Shown here in pieces: positions 38,546-41,370 of a stretch of DNA of 41,370 nt; position 1 is the stretch's first letter; each line of letters starts with the position of its first letter. This DNA comes from an uncultured Rhodospirillaceae bacterium. Lineage in GTDB: Bacteria; Pseudomonadota; Alphaproteobacteria; Dongiales; Dongiaceae. The notes below the pieces were generated by a model. The model was not told where the DNA came from. It saw only the letters and a program-made list of their open reading frames with translations, and made no database searches. Location of the stretch: the NCBI GenBank assembly GCA_964406155.1, contig CAYOQR010000044.1, positions 1 through 41,370 on the forward strand, written 5' to 3'. A program made the position numbers and the translations under genes.

Positions 38546-39458
38546 GCGCGGCGAGAAGGTCGACGGCTGGGTCATCCTGGACAAACCCCTCGGCCTCACC
38601 TCGACCCAGGCGGTGGCGGCGGTCCGGCGGCTGTTCGATGCCCAGAAGGCCGGTCATGGCGGCACGCTTGATCCACTGGCGACCGGCATTCTCCCGATTG
38701 CCCTCGGCGAGGCGACCAAAACCGTTCCCTATGTCATGGACGGTGCCAAGTCCTATCGCTTCACCCTGAAATTCGGCGAGGCGCGGGCGACCGACGATGC
38801 CGAGGGCGAGATCACCGCGACCTCCGATATCCGCCCCGACGATGCGGCGATCCGCGCCGTCCTGCCCCGCTTCATCGGTCTCATCGACCAGGTGCCGCCG
38901 GCCTATTCGGCGATCAAGGTCGATGGCGAGCGGGCCTATGATCTGGCGCGCGACGGCGAGGTGGTGGAACTGGCCGCCCGCAAGGTCCGGATCGACGATC
39001 TCAGGCTGGTTGAGCGGCTCAGTGCCGATGAGGTGGTTTTCGAGGCGGATTGCGGCAAAGGCACCTATATGCGGTCGCTGGCCCGGGATATCGCTCAACA
39101 TCTTGGGTCTGTCGGGTATGTTTCGGCCCTGCGCCGACTAGCTGTTGGGCCCTTCGTGGAAAGCCGGGCGATTTCGCTGGAATCTTTGCAGACCATGGGG
39201 CATAGTCCGGCCGCTTTTGAGCATTTATTACCGGTTGAGACCGCGCTGGACGACATCCCGGCGCTGGCCTTGACCACCACCGAGGCGAGCCGCCTTCGGT
39301 CCGGCCAGGCGGTCGGCCTGCTGCATCGGCAGGATCGCGATCGTATCCGCGAATTTGTCCCCGGCTGCATGGTTTGTGCCATGTCGGCCGGCAAGCTCGT
39401 GGCCCTGACCCGGTTCGATTCCGGCGAATTGGTCCCGGTGCGTGTGATGAACCTCTGA
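38532..39458 (+). CDS. truB: tRNA pseudouridine(55) synthase TruB
   Basis: [63 protein letters not shown] contains the catalytic Asp motif. The start could equally be 38502 or 38517 (repeat-derived ATGs). Confidence 0.85.
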   Translation: [308 protein letters not shown]

Positions 39459-39475
39459 TTTGAAAGGAGTTGACG

Positions 39476-39745
39476 ATGTCGATCACGCCGGAGCGCAAGC
39501 AGGAACTGATCAAGGAATATGCCAAGGGCACGAACGATACCGGTTCGCCCGAAGTGCAGATCGCGATCCTCACCGAGCGCATCAAGAATCTGACCGAACA
39601 TCTGCAGAGCCATGACAAGGATTTCCATTCCCGTCGCGGTCTGCTGGTCATGGTCGGGCAGCGCCGCCGCCTGCTCGATTACGTGAAGAAGAAGAACACG
39701 GGCCGCTACCAGGACATCATTACGCGTCTGGGTCTGCGCCGCTAA
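39476..39745 (+). CDS. rpsO: 30S ribosomal protein S15
   Basis: [57 protein letters not shown]... Confidence 0.95.
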   Translation: MSITPERKQELIKEYAKGTNDTGSPEVQIAILTERIKNLTEHLQSHDKDFHSRRGLLVMVGQRRRLLDYVKKKNTGRYQDIITRLGLRR

Positions 39746-39756
39746 GAGTGCCGGAA

Positions 39757-39791
39757 CCCGCCCTGGGAGACCTGGGCGGGTTCTTGCTTTC
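39757..39791 (+). terminator. rpsO terminator / rpsO-pnp intergenic hairpin
   Basis: CCCGCCCtgggagacctGGGCGGG followed by ttcttgctttc. Confidence 0.55.
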
Positions 39792-39980
39792 ATGCCGATG
39801 CGGGATGCCGCCTGAACGACCGGGGCGGCAAGATCGGCATGGACCGATCCCTCCCGTGAGACGACAGCCGGGCCGACGCAAGCAATGTCCGATCATCGCG
39901 GAAAACCTCCGCTCCGACATTGTTTGCGCGGGTCCGGCCAGCCATCCGGTCGATGACTTGGATTCTGTAAAGGACCTTAG

Positions 39981-41370
39981 ATGTTTAAAATCTATCGCAA
40001 AGAACTGAATTGGGGCGGCCGTAAACTGACCCTTGAAACCGGCCGCATCGCCCGCCAGGCGGATGGCGCCGTGCTCGCCACCTATGGCGATACCGTGGTG
40101 CTCTGCACCGCCGTCGGCAACCGGGAGCCGAAGCCGGGTGTCGACTTTTTCCCGCTGACCGTGAATTACCAGGAAAAGGCTTTCGCCGCCGGCAAGATCC
40201 CAGGCGGCTTCTTCAAGCGTGAAGGCCGTCCCTCGGAAAAGGAAGTGCTGGTCTCGCGCCTGATCGACCGGCCGATCCGCCCGCTGTTCCACCCGGCCTA
40301 TCGCAACGAAACCCAGGTGGTCTGCACCGTTCTCAGCCACGACCTCGAGAACGATCCCGATATCGTCGCCATGGTCGGCGCATCGGCCGCTTTGACCATT
40401 TCGGGCATTCCCTTCATGGGCCCGATCGGCGCTGCCCGCGTCGGTTACATCAACGGCGAATACGTGCTCAACCCGAAGGCTGACCAGCTCGCCGAGACCA
40501 AGCTCGACCTCGTCCTCGCCGGTACATCGGAAGGCGTGCTGATGGTGGAATCGGAAGCGCAGGAGCTGTCCGAGGAAATCATGCTGGGCGCCGTCAATTT
40601 CGGTTTCGACAGCTTCCAGCCGGTGATCAATGCGATCATCGAACTGGCCGAGCAATGTGCCAACGAACCCTGGCCGCTCGCCGAGGAAAAGCCGGAGCAC
40701 AAGGAAGTCTGGGCCGCCCTGCAGGCGCAGTTCTCGGCCGAGCTGGCCGAGGCCTATCGCGAGCAGGCCAAGCAGGCTCGCACCGACAAGGTGGCGGCCG
40801 TGAAGGCGAAGGCCAAGGAAGCGATCGGTACCGATGAGGTGCGCGCGGAACTGGCCGGCAAGCTCTTCAAGGATCTCGAGCGCGACATCGTGCGCGGCAA
40901 CATCCTGAAGACCGGTACCCGCATCGACGGCCGCGACACCAAGACCGTGCGCCCCATCGTCTCCGAAGTCGGCGTGCTGCCCCGCGCCCATGGCTCGGCG
41001 CTGTTCACCCGCGGTGAAACCCAGGCGCTGGTCGTCGCCACCCTCGGCACCGGCCAGGATGAGCAGATCATCGACGCGCTGGAAGGCGAATATCGCGAAA
41101 ACTTCATGCTGCATTACAACTTCCCGCCCTATTCGACCGGTGAAACCGGCCGCATGGGGTCGCCGGGTCGTCGTGAGGTCGGTCATGGCAAGCTCGCCTG
41201 GCGCGCCATCCATCCGCTGCTGCCGAAGAAGGAAGACTTCCCCTACACCATGCGGATCGTCTCCGAGATCACCGAATCCAACGGTTCGTCCTCGATGGCG
41301 ACGGTCTGCGGCTCGTCCTTGAGCCTGATGGATGCCGGCGTGCCGATGGCACGTCCGGTGGCCGGCATCG
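39981..41370 (+). CDS. pnp: polynucleotide phosphorylase, N-terminal ~463 aa (3' end outside the window)
   Basis: The ATG at 39981 follows [52 protein letters not shown]... is the RNase PH domain 1. The frame stays open to the window end. Confidence 0.9.
   Translation, partial: MFKIYRKELNWGGRKLTLETGRIARQADGAVLATYGDTVVLCTAVGNREPKPGVDFFPLTVNYQEKAFAAGKIPGGFFKREGRPSEKEVLVSRLIDRPIRPLFHPAYRNETQVVCTVLSHDLENDPDIVAMVGASAALTISGIPFMGPIGAARVGYINGEYVLNPKADQLAETKLDLVLAGTSEGVLMVESEAQELSEEIMLGAVNFGFDSFQPVINAIIELAEQCANEPWPLAEEKPEHKEVWAALQAQFSAELAEAYREQAKQARTDKVAAVKAKAKEAIGTDEVRAELAGKLFKDLERDIVRGNILKTGTRIDGRDTKTVRPIVSEVGVLPRAHGSALFTRGETQALVVATLGTGQDEQIIDALEGEYRENFMLHYNFPPYSTGETGRMGSPGRREVGHGKLAWRAIHPLLPKKEDFPYTMRIVSEITESNGSSSMATVCGSSLSLMDAGVPMARPVAGI

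Overview
This is a high-GC (~65-68%) chromosomal window, most likely alphaproteobacterial (Rhodospirillales-like). It is mostly conserved housekeeping synteny: pstB(3' end)-phoU-phoB, two tandem UspA paralogs, a minus-strand rpe/heparinase-II/III-like/purH operon, kbl-tdh, an alpha/beta hydrolase, an SPFH/slipin gene, rsmB, thiO-thiS-thiG-thiE behind a TPP riboswitch, htpG, and rimP-nusA-DUF448-infB-rbfA-truB-rpsO-pnp(5' end). Between 14.2 and 25.4 kb sits a looser 'accessory-like' block: AraC regulator, EamA/DMT transporter coupled to a DUF815 AAA ATPase, htpX, DUF1674, LysR + MDR oxidoreductase + XapX-like + DUF1223, ornithine-cyclodeaminase-like, two tandem DUF4189-like lipoproteins, and LysR + ureidoglycolate-lyase-like cupin. 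I found no transposase, integrase, CRISPR array or recognisable defence or toxin gene. The items most worth a second look are: (i) a ~700-bp non-coding island (12070-12766) with two adjacent, structurally defective tRNA-like elements; (ii) in-frame micro-tandem repeats that remodel protein termini (12-bp x4 in the purH 5' end, 15-bp x3 at the rbfA 3' end/truB start); (iii) a 14-bp CCAAT-containing tandem repeat over a gene stop; (iv) lower-GC tandem-duplicated lipoprotein genes duplicated together with their upstream region; (v) an SPFH protein with three N-terminal beta-hairpin-like repeats; and (vi) a long hairpin that occludes the RBS of an alpha/beta hydrolase whose nucleophile position may be Ala. 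Most long antisense ORFs in the six-frame track are GC-bias artefacts. All coordinates are read by eye against the ORF track and may be off by one.
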